DNA of 64,000 nt from Candidatus Latescibacterota bacterium (GTDB lineage Bacteria; Latescibacterota; UBA2968; UBA8231). Shown here piece after piece: positions 19,243 to 27,821 of the stretch (the first letter of the stretch is position 1; each line of letters opens with the position of its first letter). The stretch covers positions 2,240,001 through 2,304,000 of the forward strand of contig OZ244561.1 of NCBI GenBank assembly GCA_965217585.1, in the 5' to 3' direction. Made by a program: the position numbers and the translations under genes. Below the pieces are notes generated by a model. That model saw only the letters and a program-made list of their open reading frames with translations, was not told the DNA's origin and ran no database searches.

Positions 19243-20046
19243 ATGTTGACCGACCAGCAGTTGCAGCACTTCCGAACCTTCGGCTTCGTCAACCTGCGCA
19301 AGTTGTTCATCCCGGAAGAGGTCGAGATCCTGCGCCAGGAGTACGAGTCCGAGCTCGATCACGTGTACACCGATCAGCCCTTCACGGGGGAGAAGCGCTA
19401 CTGGACGATGATGCTGCACCCGCGCACCCCCCTGTACGCCAGCCTGCTCGAGGACGAACGCTTCTGCGGCGTCGCCGAACAGCTCTACGGCGACGACGTC
19501 ATCGGCATCGGTACCGATGCCAACCGCTATGTCGGCGATACGAACTGGCATCCCGATCACAGGGCCGATCCATCCGCAGACTGCTTCGGCGTCAAGTTCG
19601 CCTTCTACCTCGACCCGGTCGATGCCGAGAGCGGTGCCCTGCGGCTCATCCCCGGTTCGCACCGGCGCGAGTTCCACGATCAGTTGCACGACACCCTGAA
19701 CTCCCTAGAGATCGACGTGGCCGACGTCCCCGCCTACGTCTGCCGGTCGGAACCGGGCGATGTGGTAGCCTTCGACATGCGCTGTTGGCACGCTAGTAGT
19801 GGCGGCGCTGCGGGCCGCCGCATGTGCACTTGTGTCTACTACAACAATCCCAAGGGTGGAGACGAAGAGGCCACCACCCGCGACCGCGCCGTCCGCTCGA
19901 AGGAGACGCCCGCGCACTTCGGACGAGCGGAACAGTCTATGTACCCGCTCGAATGGCTGCGGAACCCTTCCGGCAGCCCCAAGCGAGGACGCTGGCTGCG
20001 GCGCATGGCTGAGCTCGGGTACTTCGAACTGCCCGCCGTCTCTTGA
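19243..20046 (+). CDS. PhyH-family dioxygenase
   Basis: FRTFGFVNL; WHPD; GALRLIPGSH; PGDVVAFD..WHAS. Confidence 0.88.
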   Translation: MLTDQQLQHFRTFGFVNLRKLFIPEEVEILRQEYESELDHVYTDQPFTGEKRYWTMMLHPRTPLYASLLEDERFCGVAEQLYGDDVIGIGTDANRYVGDTNWHPDHRADPSADCFGVKFAFYLDPVDAESGALRLIPGSHRREFHDQLHDTLNSLEIDVADVPAYVCRSEPGDVVAFDMRCWHASSGGAAGRRMCTCVYYNNPKGGDEEATTRDRAVRSKETPAHFGRAEQSMYPLEWLRNPSGSPKRGRWLRRMAELGYFELPAVS

Positions 20047-20079
20047 GCGTCCAGATCGCAACAGAGGAGACTAAAAACA

Positions 20080-20802
20080 ATGCAAGATATGGCGGATAAA
20101 CTAGACCGACTAGAGCGCGACGGCTATGTCTTGATCGAAGGGGCCTTGAGTCCCCAAGAGACGGAATTGGTGCGCCAGCGGGTGGACCACGCGCGCGAAA
20201 TGGGCTGGGAGGAAGGCTTGAACGCCGTGGGCAATATGTGGTTCGATTCGCTCTTGGACCGCGAGCCTGAAACCTTCGCCCCCTTGGTGAGCCATCCGAG
20301 CGTGCGCCCTTATTTGGAGGGCATGATGGGCAAGCAGTGCCAGCTACGCAGCCTGCGGGCTCACATCAATCCGGGACCCTACCTGCAGGAGTGGCACATG
20401 GATTTCTACGGCTATTGGGAGGAAAAGCGCCAAGTCGAGCAATACCGCTTGGCGGCCCAGCCCGTAGGGGTCAATACGACCTATTACTTGCAGGACAACG
20501 GGCCGGGAGATGGCCACCTCAAATACGTCGAAAACGGCCATTTGCAGGAGCCTCCCCATCTCTACCCCATGGACCGCCCCAAATTTGAGGCTTGGTGTGA
20601 CGCCCAGAAGCACGTCGTCCTCTACCCCAAGGCGGGCGACTGCGTCGTCTTTTTGAGCCACATACCGCATCAAGGGGCCAAGGAGCGCGAGGATATGGAG
20701 CGCAGCAATGTGGTGTGCCACTACCAGATGACGCCGATGTACGAGGGCATCTGGCACGTGTCGCGTCCCAGGGGGTACAACGGTACCTTTCCCTTTGTCT
20801 AG
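20080..20802 (+). CDS. PhyH-family dioxygenase
   Basis: LERDGYVLIEGAL; QEWHMD; KAGDCVVF..PHQG. Confidence 0.85.
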   Translation: MQDMADKLDRLERDGYVLIEGALSPQETELVRQRVDHAREMGWEEGLNAVGNMWFDSLLDREPETFAPLVSHPSVRPYLEGMMGKQCQLRSLRAHINPGPYLQEWHMDFYGYWEEKRQVEQYRLAAQPVGVNTTYYLQDNGPGDGHLKYVENGHLQEPPHLYPMDRPKFEAWCDAQKHVVLYPKAGDCVVFLSHIPHQGAKEREDMERSNVVCHYQMTPMYEGIWHVSRPRGYNGTFPFV

Positions 20803-20810
20803 GGAACTTT

Positions 20811-21617
20811 TTACACGGCTACTAACTCTGGGTAGTCCGGCCCTTGGAGAACTTCGCCCACGTCCACGGTTTCGACATTACCCATACGCTCGTTCCAATT
20901 GTCGCCTAGGCGACGGGTGTAGCCGGGCATGAGGTGCATGATATAGCTGCGGCGCGGGTTGTCGGTCTTGTTGCCGTACGAGCCGTGGAAGGTGCGGCAG
21001 TGGTGGAAGTGGCAGTGTCCGGCCTCGACCTCGCAGGGCACGGGGGTTAGATCGGCCCCGGCGGGAATCCCCTCCTGTTGCAGCAGCCAGTGCGGGTCTT
21101 CAACCACGGCGTCTTCGCGGTCATAGCGCATCGGCCATCGGTGGCTGCCTGGGATGACGTGCATACAGCCGTTATCGACGGTAGAGTCGTCGAGGGCGAT
21201 CCAGCAGGTACCCATATCGGCTGGTCCAACGTGATTCCAAAAGGTGTAGTCTTGATGCCAAGCCAAGGCGGTTTCCGCATCGTAAGCTGGCTTGTAGATC
21301 ATTTGGTCTTCCCACATGCGCACCGGGCCGGACATGAGCTGGTGTGCCAGAGCGCTGATGGTCGGGTTGTCGATGAGGGCGGCAAAGACGGACTCGCGGC
21401 GAAAGATGTTGACCACCTTGACCGAGGGCAGTTGGCCCTTGGCGCGGGACTGATCGACGGTTTCGCCCATCAGGTGTTTGGGGAAAGGAATGCGGCCGTG
21501 GAGAATGTCGTCGATGCGTTCTTTGAGCGCGCTGATCTGCTCGGCGGATAAAACGCGCGGGCCGGACAGATAGCCCTCGGTTTTGTAGTGTTCGATTTGG
21601 GCGTCGGTGAAAAGCAT
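20811..21617 (-). CDS. PhyH-family dioxygenase
   Basis: YKTEGY; WHQD; WIALDDSTVDNGCMHVIPGSH; FHGSYGNKTDNPRR. Confidence 0.9.
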   Translation of the reverse strand: MLFTDAQIEHYKTEGYLSGPRVLSAEQISALKERIDDILHGRIPFPKHLMGETVDQSRAKGQLPSVKVVNIFRRESVFAALIDNPTISALAHQLMSGPVRMWEDQMIYKPAYDAETALAWHQDYTFWNHVGPADMGTCWIALDDSTVDNGCMHVIPGSHRWPMRYDREDAVVEDPHWLLQQEGIPAGADLTPVPCEVEAGHCHFHHCRTFHGSYGNKTDNPRRSYIMHLMPGYTRRLGDNWNERMGNVETVDVGEVLQGPDYPELVAV

Positions 21618-21798
21618 GGCAGGTTCTCCAGTGCAGGACGGGCCTTTAGGTTTACCACCAAGCCTGAAAGGCTCTATATTGAGTAGGCCCCGCGAAGAAT
21701 ATGAGACGAATTTGACCGATGCACAATCGGGATCACCGCTCCCGCAGAGCGACTTCTTCAAGGGCTTCTATATTTGAGCGCAACAACGGAGACAAACT

Positions 21799-23088
21799 AT
21801 GTCTGAGCAGTCCGGCCACAGCATTGTGGCCGCATCGAATTCACAGACGGTACTGATTCGCCCGGGACTGCTCGCCGACGGCCTCGGCGGTAGCGCCAAG
21901 GCCGGGCAGGCGGTATTCGTACGAGATGGCGCGATCGCCGCGGTCGGACCATTGGCACAGGTCGAAAAGCAAACGCCTCCCGATACCCCGACCGTCGATT
22001 TGAACGGCTGCTGCCTCACCCCCGGTCTCATCGATGGCCACACCCACCTCAGCCTGCCGGGAGACGGCCTTCGCTACGATCTGACATTCCGGGAAAGCGA
22101 TGAGACCATGGTGCTCATCGGGGCCATGAACATGCGCAGACACCTGCGCGCCGGCATCACCACCCTGCGCGAGCACGGCGCCCGCAACAGGGTCGGGTTC
22201 ATCCTCAAGGAAGGTCTGCAACGCGGATACATCCCCGGGCCGCGGCTGCTCGTCAGCGGCCGCCCGATCACCTGCACGGGTGGCCACTTCCACATGTGCA
22301 ACGAGATCGCCGACGGAGTGGAAGAGATCCGCCGCTCAGTGCGCCGGCTCGTGCACGAGGGGGCCGACTACATCAAGGTAATGGCCTCCGGTGGAGGGAC
22401 GACCGGCACGATTCCGGGGTTGGCCTCCTATTCGACTGAAGAACTGCAGGCCCTGGTGGGCGAGGCGCGCCAGTTTCACCGCCTCACTGTCGCCCATTGC
22501 CGCGCCAAGCAGTCGATGGTGCGAGCCGTCGAGGCCGGCATCGACCTGATCGAACACGTCGAGTTTCTCGAACCGGACCACGTGATGCGCTTCGACCCGC
22601 AAGTAGCCAAGATGTTGGCCGAATCCGGCATCTGGCTGAGCCCGACGCTGCAGGCGTGGACCAACTACCCGGAGATGGTGCGCCTGCGCAAGCTGCGCGA
22701 CGAGGGAGCTATGGGAGCCGCAGAGGAGGCAGCGCTTACCCATCTCGAACAACGAGCGGAGAAGCGGCTGGACGTGATGCGGAAGATGCTCGACTACTGC
22801 CTGAAGGAGCGCGTGGTGCCCGGCACGGACTCAGGAGTGGGCTGCCTCGAATTCGGCCACTTAGACTACGATCTTCAACTGCTGGTCGAATGCGGCTTCA
22901 CCCCGGCCGAAGCCCTCGTCGCGGCGACCCGGATCTCGGCCGCGGCGGCCGGTATTGCCGATGAGGTGGGGACCATCGAGGTCGGCAAATCTGCGGACCT
23001 TGCCGCCTTTGGGGGCGATCCGACGGCAGATGTGGCCGCCTTCAGCGACGTCAGGGCGGTTTTCCAGGCCGGGGTGCGCGTTCAATAG
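21799..23088 (+). CDS. Metal-dependent amidohydrolase (prolidase-like subgroup)
   Basis: PGLIDGHTH; GADYIKVMASGG; VAHC; IEH; GTDSG; GTIEVGKSADL. Confidence 0.9.
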   Translation: MSEQSGHSIVAASNSQTVLIRPGLLADGLGGSAKAGQAVFVRDGAIAAVGPLAQVEKQTPPDTPTVDLNGCCLTPGLIDGHTHLSLPGDGLRYDLTFRESDETMVLIGAMNMRRHLRAGITTLREHGARNRVGFILKEGLQRGYIPGPRLLVSGRPITCTGGHFHMCNEIADGVEEIRRSVRRLVHEGADYIKVMASGGGTTGTIPGLASYSTEELQALVGEARQFHRLTVAHCRAKQSMVRAVEAGIDLIEHVEFLEPDHVMRFDPQVAKMLAESGIWLSPTLQAWTNYPEMVRLRKLRDEGAMGAAEEAALTHLEQRAEKRLDVMRKMLDYCLKERVVPGTDSGVGCLEFGHLDYDLQLLVECGFTPAEALVAATRISAAAAGIADEVGTIEVGKSADLAAFGGDPTADVAAFSDVRAVFQAGVRVQ

Positions 23089-23113
23089 TCAGCACAGAGG
23101 GAGGAACAGGCGA

Positions 23114-24253
23114 ATGGATGTCGCTGAGATTCGAGATCAGATCCCGGGTCTGCGGTTCGGCGTCTATCTCAATACCGGCGGGGTCGGCCAGGCACCCGCC
23201 AGCGTGAGTCAGGCGGTCACCGCCGGCTACCGGCCGCTGGCCGCTGGCAGGCTGAGTCCCATCGACTGGTATGAAGCGATGAGCAAGGCCGCCTCCAAGA
23301 TCCCTGCGAAGATCGCCGACTTCTTCGGGGCCGACGCGACAGAGATCGCCTTGACCATGAGCACCGGCGACGGCTTTGGCATGGTGTTGGGGGGGCTGCG
23401 CTGGGAACCGGGTGACGAGGTGTTGATCACCAGCGAAGAGCATCCGGTACCGCTTCAGTCCGTTCAAGGGCTGGCCGACCGGGAGGGGGCCGTCATCAAG
23501 GAAGTCGAGCTGGACCATGACAAGGACGTGATCCTCGAACGGGTGGAACAGGCCATCACGCCACGCACCCGGCTAATCTGCTTCAGTCACGTCACCACCG
23601 ATTCGGGCACCCTGCTGCCGGCTGAGGAAATCTGTGCCCTGGTTCGGGCCCGCGGAATCCTCACGCTGTGGGACGGCTGTCAGGCGGTGGGTCAGCTGCC
23701 GGTGGACCTCCATGGCATGGGCTGCGACTTCTACGCTACCAACTGCTACAAGTGGCTGCTGGCGCCGATCGGCACTGGGTTCCTCTACGTCCGCGGAGAT
23801 GCGCAGCAGGCTCTCAAGCCGTTGCGGCGTCCGCACGATCCCTCCGCCTCAGCGCGACAGTACGAGATGGGGACTCCGGCGAGCGTGCTCTACTCGGGAG
23901 TTGGTGCCAGCCTCGACTTCATGACCCGCATCGGCGGGCCTCGGGCCATCGCGGCGGAGGCGAGCCGCAAGGCGGAGGGGTTGTGGGCGCGTCTCGACGC
24001 CATTCCCGGTGTGCAGGTCGTCAGCTCACGCCGCCCCGAGACCCGGAGCGGCATCGTCACATTCGCCATCGCAGGGATGGAGGGCGGAGAGGTCTCCACT
24101 GCCCTCAGGCAGTGCTGGCAGATCATCCAACGGGGCACGTACTTGACCGATCCGACCGGCGTGCGGATCTCGGTGGCCTTCTACACCAGCGACGCGGAGC
24201 TGGACACGCTGGTCGAAGCGGTGACGACGCTGGCCGGAGAGGCGAAGCGATAG
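23114..24253 (+). CDS. Class V PLP-dependent enzyme (isopenicillin N epimerase / cysteine desulfurase-lyase-like)
   Basis: YLNTGG; EEHP; FSHV; DGCQAVG; NCYKWLLAP (PLP Lys); RISVAFY. Confidence 0.87.
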   Translation: MDVAEIRDQIPGLRFGVYLNTGGVGQAPASVSQAVTAGYRPLAAGRLSPIDWYEAMSKAASKIPAKIADFFGADATEIALTMSTGDGFGMVLGGLRWEPGDEVLITSEEHPVPLQSVQGLADREGAVIKEVELDHDKDVILERVEQAITPRTRLICFSHVTTDSGTLLPAEEICALVRARGILTLWDGCQAVGQLPVDLHGMGCDFYATNCYKWLLAPIGTGFLYVRGDAQQALKPLRRPHDPSASARQYEMGTPASVLYSGVGASLDFMTRIGGPRAIAAEASRKAEGLWARLDAIPGVQVVSSRRPETRSGIVTFAIAGMEGGEVSTALRQCWQIIQRGTYLTDPTGVRISVAFYTSDAELDTLVEAVTTLAGEAKR

Positions 24254-25366
24254 ATGCGCATCGACAGACTCGACGTGTACTACGTGGTGATGCCGCTCAT
24301 CTATCCCTGGCGCACGGCGTATGGGGAAGACGCCGACATCCACTCGGTGCTCGTCAAGCTGACCAGCGGCGAGCACGAAGCCTGGTCGGAGAGCACCCCC
24401 TTCTTCGCGCCCACCTATCTCAGCGAGAGCGCCGGGTCCGCGTTCTACCACGTCTCCGAGGTGATGGGGCCCTGGGTGGTGGGGCGCGAGTACGACACGG
24501 CCGCCGAGCTCGACCAGCGGCTGGCGATTTTCAAGGGCAACAGCTTCGCTAAGGCGGCCGTGGAGATCGGCTGGTGGACGCTGCAGAGCCGCATCACCGG
24601 GACCCCCCTGCACCGGCTTCTCGGCGGCCAGACCCGCGACGTGGCGGCCGGCGCTGACTTCGGCATCCAGGACTCCTACGACATGCTCCTCGGGAACATC
24701 CAGAAGGCCGTCGACGCCGGATTCCCGCGCATCAAGCTGAAAGCGGCCCCGGGCTGGGACCTCGAAATGCTGCAAATCGTCACCAGCACCTTCCCCGACA
24801 CGACCTTCCACATCGACTGCAACTCCGGGTACACCCTCGACGACCTGCCGTTTTTCAAGGCCATCGACGGCATGGGGCTCGCCTTCATCGAGCAGCCTCT
24901 TGCGTACAACGACCTGCTCGATCACGCCGAGCTCGCGAGACAGATCGGTACGCCCATCTGTCTCGACGAGAGCATCGTCGATCCGCGCACCGCCGAGCAG
25001 GCGCTTCGCATCGGCGCCTGTCGCTACATCAACATCAAGCCGGGAAGGATCGGCGGCTTGACCAACGCCCTCGCCGTGCACGACATGGCCAGGGACGCCG
25101 GTGTGCCGGTGTGGGTCGGGGGCATGCTCGAAAGCGCCCTCGGGGGATCGATCTGCGTGGAACTGGCGACGCTGGAGAACTTCACCTACCCGGGCGACCT
25201 GTTCCCCTCTTCCCGCTTCTACCGCCGCGACCTGTCGCAACCGCCCCTGGAGCTCGCCGAGGGCTGCGTCTTCAAGCCCTCGGCCGGCGATCTGCCGACG
25301 CCGGATGCCGAGCTGCTGGCGGCGCAGACCTTGCGCTGGAAGACGGTCACGCCGGGCTCATCGTGA
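24254..25366 (+). CDS. o-Succinylbenzoate synthase / N-acylamino acid racemase (enolase superfamily)
   Basis: RIKLK; IDCN; IEQP; LDES; NIKPGRIGG; WVGGMLES; PGD..PSSRFY motifs. Confidence 0.87.
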   Translation: MRIDRLDVYYVVMPLIYPWRTAYGEDADIHSVLVKLTSGEHEAWSESTPFFAPTYLSESAGSAFYHVSEVMGPWVVGREYDTAAELDQRLAIFKGNSFAKAAVEIGWWTLQSRITGTPLHRLLGGQTRDVAAGADFGIQDSYDMLLGNIQKAVDAGFPRIKLKAAPGWDLEMLQIVTSTFPDTTFHIDCNSGYTLDDLPFFKAIDGMGLAFIEQPLAYNDLLDHAELARQIGTPICLDESIVDPRTAEQALRIGACRYINIKPGRIGGLTNALAVHDMARDAGVPVWVGGMLESALGGSICVELATLENFTYPGDLFPSSRFYRRDLSQPPLELAEGCVFKPSAGDLPTPDAELLAAQTLRWKTVTPGSS

Positions 25367-25430
25367 TCCGCGGGTAGATCTCCACCGCGCGAATCACCTG
25401 TTCGCACTCGATCCACTCGACGGCGCCGTT
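25347..25430 (-). pseudogene. Possible C-terminal remnant of an M20 (ArgE/DapE-like) hydrolase
   Basis: Minus frame reads GAVEWIECEQVIRAVEIYPRI, resembling the M20 C-terminal (AH)xxxExVxxxxLxxAxxIY pattern; no start codon. Confidence 0.35.
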
Positions 25431-25499
25431 GAGCCGTTGCATCGTCTTCGCCGTAGGCTTGGAACAAGGTAACAAGATCACACGCACCGTCAATGCCTA

Positions 25500-25569
25500 T
25501 ACTCTTCAATCGAAGGCCGTTTCCGCAAAGGCGCGAAAGCGCCGTAGCCGGCAACCTTGATGTTACCTG
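25500..25569 (-). mobile_element. attC-like site, left half (R'' CAGGTAAC plus hairpin), apparently truncated
   Basis: 10 bp after the kinase stop the minus strand reads CAGGTAACATCAAGGTTGCCGGCTACGGCGCTTTCGCGCC; CAGGTAAC is the exact complement of the GTTACCTG preceding the gene. Confidence 0.55.
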
Positions 25570-25579
25570 AATGTGGACA

Positions 25580-26533
25580 TTAGACGTCCAATTGATCTAG
25601 TAGCGGAGCTGCCATACCCGCGTCCCAGCCAAATGGAGTTGGCCCCCCGTACGCCGCCAAGATATCCAGTAATCGACTGAGTGAGTGCAGAGCGAGAATC
25701 TTCCGCTGCCCCTCGTCCAACACACCGTACTCCTGCCAAAAGGGGTCCGCAAGTCTGGGGTCTCTGAGGAACACGCTAAGCACTAAATCCCGCGCATCTG
25801 TGAACGGCGGGGCCTGCGTCACATAGTCGAAGTCGAGGACAGACAGGACCTTCAGTGATGCCGGGTCTACCCTCAGGTTGTGCAACTGAAAGTCGTAGTG
25901 CACGAGCGAGAGTTGACCCGCGTTGCCCAGTGATGCGGCACGTCGATCCCATGCACACTCAACTCTCTCAAGCGTTCTCCCATTGAACCAGCCTTGTTGG
26001 CGCAACGCTTGAATACACCTACGGTGCCGATCGATTTCAGTTGCGGCCCAGGCTGAAGCGTCAGTCGGGCCGGGCGCCTCTATCCCGGAGGTGTGTAGGA
26101 TGAGCATGATCTGGGCACACGCAGCCAAGAGACGCTGCTTCTGCTCAACAGATAGGGTGCGCCATAGAACGTCCCCATCCTCGCCGTCGATGTACTCGAG
26201 CACTACGTAAGGGTAGGGGATTAAGTCGTCACCGCTACTAATACAGAGCCACCCAGGGGTCGGGACGCCCGTCTCATGATGGACGCGACTCACCGTACTC
26301 ACGTGCAGCTCCATCACTTCAGGACCTGATGGACGGACCCAAACCTTGAAGATCAACGGGCTCTTCTGGTCGAAGTCCAGACGGAATAGAGCATTCACCT
26401 CCCCACGCTTGAGGCGCACAATGCGCTTGGGACGGGGAAGACCGTGACGATCACAAACCTCTCGCGCGACATGAACAGGGACTCGGTAGCGGCGGAACGC
26501 ACCGTAGTCGAGGATGGGATCAGCAGGAGACAT
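25580..26533 (-). CDS. APH/choline-kinase-like phosphotransferase
   Basis: GEVN loop; IFKV; YVVLEYIDG; LVHYDFQLHNL (HxDxxxxN); VLDFD. Confidence 0.85.
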   Translation of the reverse strand: MSPADPILDYGAFRRYRVPVHVAREVCDRHGLPRPKRIVRLKRGEVNALFRLDFDQKSPLIFKVWVRPSGPEVMELHVSTVSRVHHETGVPTPGWLCISSGDDLIPYPYVVLEYIDGEDGDVLWRTLSVEQKQRLLAACAQIMLILHTSGIEAPGPTDASAWAATEIDRHRRCIQALRQQGWFNGRTLERVECAWDRRAASLGNAGQLSLVHYDFQLHNLRVDPASLKVLSVLDFDYVTQAPPFTDARDLVLSVFLRDPRLADPFWQEYGVLDEGQRKILALHSLSRLLDILAAYGGPTPFGWDAGMAAPLLDQLDV

Positions 26534-26693
26534 CTCTACCTATGGGAGCGACACCAATGGACTGCCCGAGCTTTGTCCCGGCGTCCAGGTCCTTGGGGTA
26601 GATATAGAGCGACTCGCCCATCAGCCTATCCGGACGCCCGTTCCTCCTCCGTATTGCTGCAGCAACCAGTGATTGAAACAAATATTCCATTTT

Positions 26694-26774
26694 CAGGTAA
26701 CGAGTTTTCAAACCCACGAACCCGCGCAAGCGAGTTTGGCGGAGTGAAGCGAAGCCGTGGATTTGATGTTATGC
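26694..26774 (-). mobile_element. attC-like integron cassette recombination site (81 bp)
   Basis: Minus strand: GCATAAC-A-TCAAATCCACG...CGTGGGTTTGA-AAACTC-GTTACCTG; AAC/GTT ends and an 11-bp internal inverted repeat with one G:T pair. Confidence 0.7.
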
Positions 26775-26838
26775 GGTGTTGGCTATCCCTTTGGCCCCAA
26801 GGGATTGAGTAACAATCATAGAGCAGGTGACTTACCCC

Positions 26839-27690
26839 TCAAATGACATTGTAGGATTCGTATTCATCCAGAATGTCCTGCCGCGAGATAAATGGCTTCC
26901 AGATCACACGTACGGGGAGTTGCCTTATTTCCCTAGGCGCGGGGTCTTCGAGCAGCCAAAAAAAATCCCATGCAGGCCCTCCGAATCCACTGGCAACTGG
27001 ATTTACCGTAAACCGAACCTTCTCGCGATCTGAGTTCTTAAAGAATACGCCAAACACCATGTGATCGACAGTCCCATAAAAGAAGGGAAGATCGAAGCGG
27101 ACGGAACTATCGTCAAAGTAATAGATATTGGGCGGATCATCCGGTCGCGCAAGCTCAGGATTTGCTACGCCTGAGGGATGGATCGTCCTGCCCGGCGTCT
27201 CCCCTTGACCATTGAAGTGAACCCACGGATTCAATCTATTAAACTCAACATTTGGGTCACTTCCGATGACATTCACCCCGGTGTAAATCGGCGTATCTAC
27301 AATGGTCGCGAAGAAAAGAGCCAGGTAATTGTGTGGCCACTGCGCACGAGCCGTCTGTGCGGTCACCACTATGTCGACGTAATGTGGCGGTGTCATCCGA
27401 TAGGAAATTGCACAGTCGACTTCACAGCAACTCATGGAAGCATATCGAAGGGTACAGCCATCACCCCGAACATCCCTCAAGGTCCGTTTACTTCCGAACG
27501 GTTCATATTCTATATAGTTCGGATCATCTATAGGCACAGCGACATAGTGCTCCAACGTTAATGCTGGACGAAGGAGCCATTCCATCGGGTGTTCTTTGTG
27601 GGTTAGGTCATCTAATCCGCACCACCCGTGAACACCTTTGCTACTCACCTTCGCGCTTATTGATCCTGCTGCGATTCGAACGTCAGACAT
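26839..27690 (-). CDS. Hypothetical protein, possibly an aldose-epimerase-like beta-supersandwich
   Basis: 283-aa ORF, lower GC than its neighbours; beta-rich; LFFATI, PFFYG and GGPAWDFFW motifs. Confidence 0.65.
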   Translation of the reverse strand: MSDVRIAAGSISAKVSSKGVHGWCGLDDLTHKEHPMEWLLRPALTLEHYVAVPIDDPNYIEYEPFGSKRTLRDVRGDGCTLRYASMSCCEVDCAISYRMTPPHYVDIVVTAQTARAQWPHNYLALFFATIVDTPIYTGVNVIGSDPNVEFNRLNPWVHFNGQGETPGRTIHPSGVANPELARPDDPPNIYYFDDSSVRFDLPFFYGTVDHMVFGVFFKNSDREKVRFTVNPVASGFGGPAWDFFWLLEDPAPREIRQLPVRVIWKPFISRQDILDEYESYNVI

Positions 27691-27821
27691 TTAATTTTAG
27701 CTTTCAGTGGATGTGTCCCTTCACATCTAGATACGCGACGAGACCTCAGATTTCCGGGTACTCGTAGCGTACCTCAAGTTCTACGTCTTCCACGGTGGCG
27801 GGGAATCCCGCCCGAGCAGGG

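Noticed and set aside
24254-25366. Labelling the gene menC of menaquinone synthesis
   Set aside because: No other men genes adjacent; the family is bifunctional, so no symbol was assigned
25466-25495. GTTACCTT (minus strand) as the right end of the second attC
   Set aside because: No arm complementary to GGTTGCCGG; it fits better as a sigma70 promoter (TTGACG-N16-TACCTT with TG extension) of a deleted gene
25580-26533. Calling the kinase an aminoglycoside resistance gene
   Set aside because: The HxDxxxxN/DFD motifs are shared by the whole APH/choline kinase superfamily; substrate cannot be inferred from them
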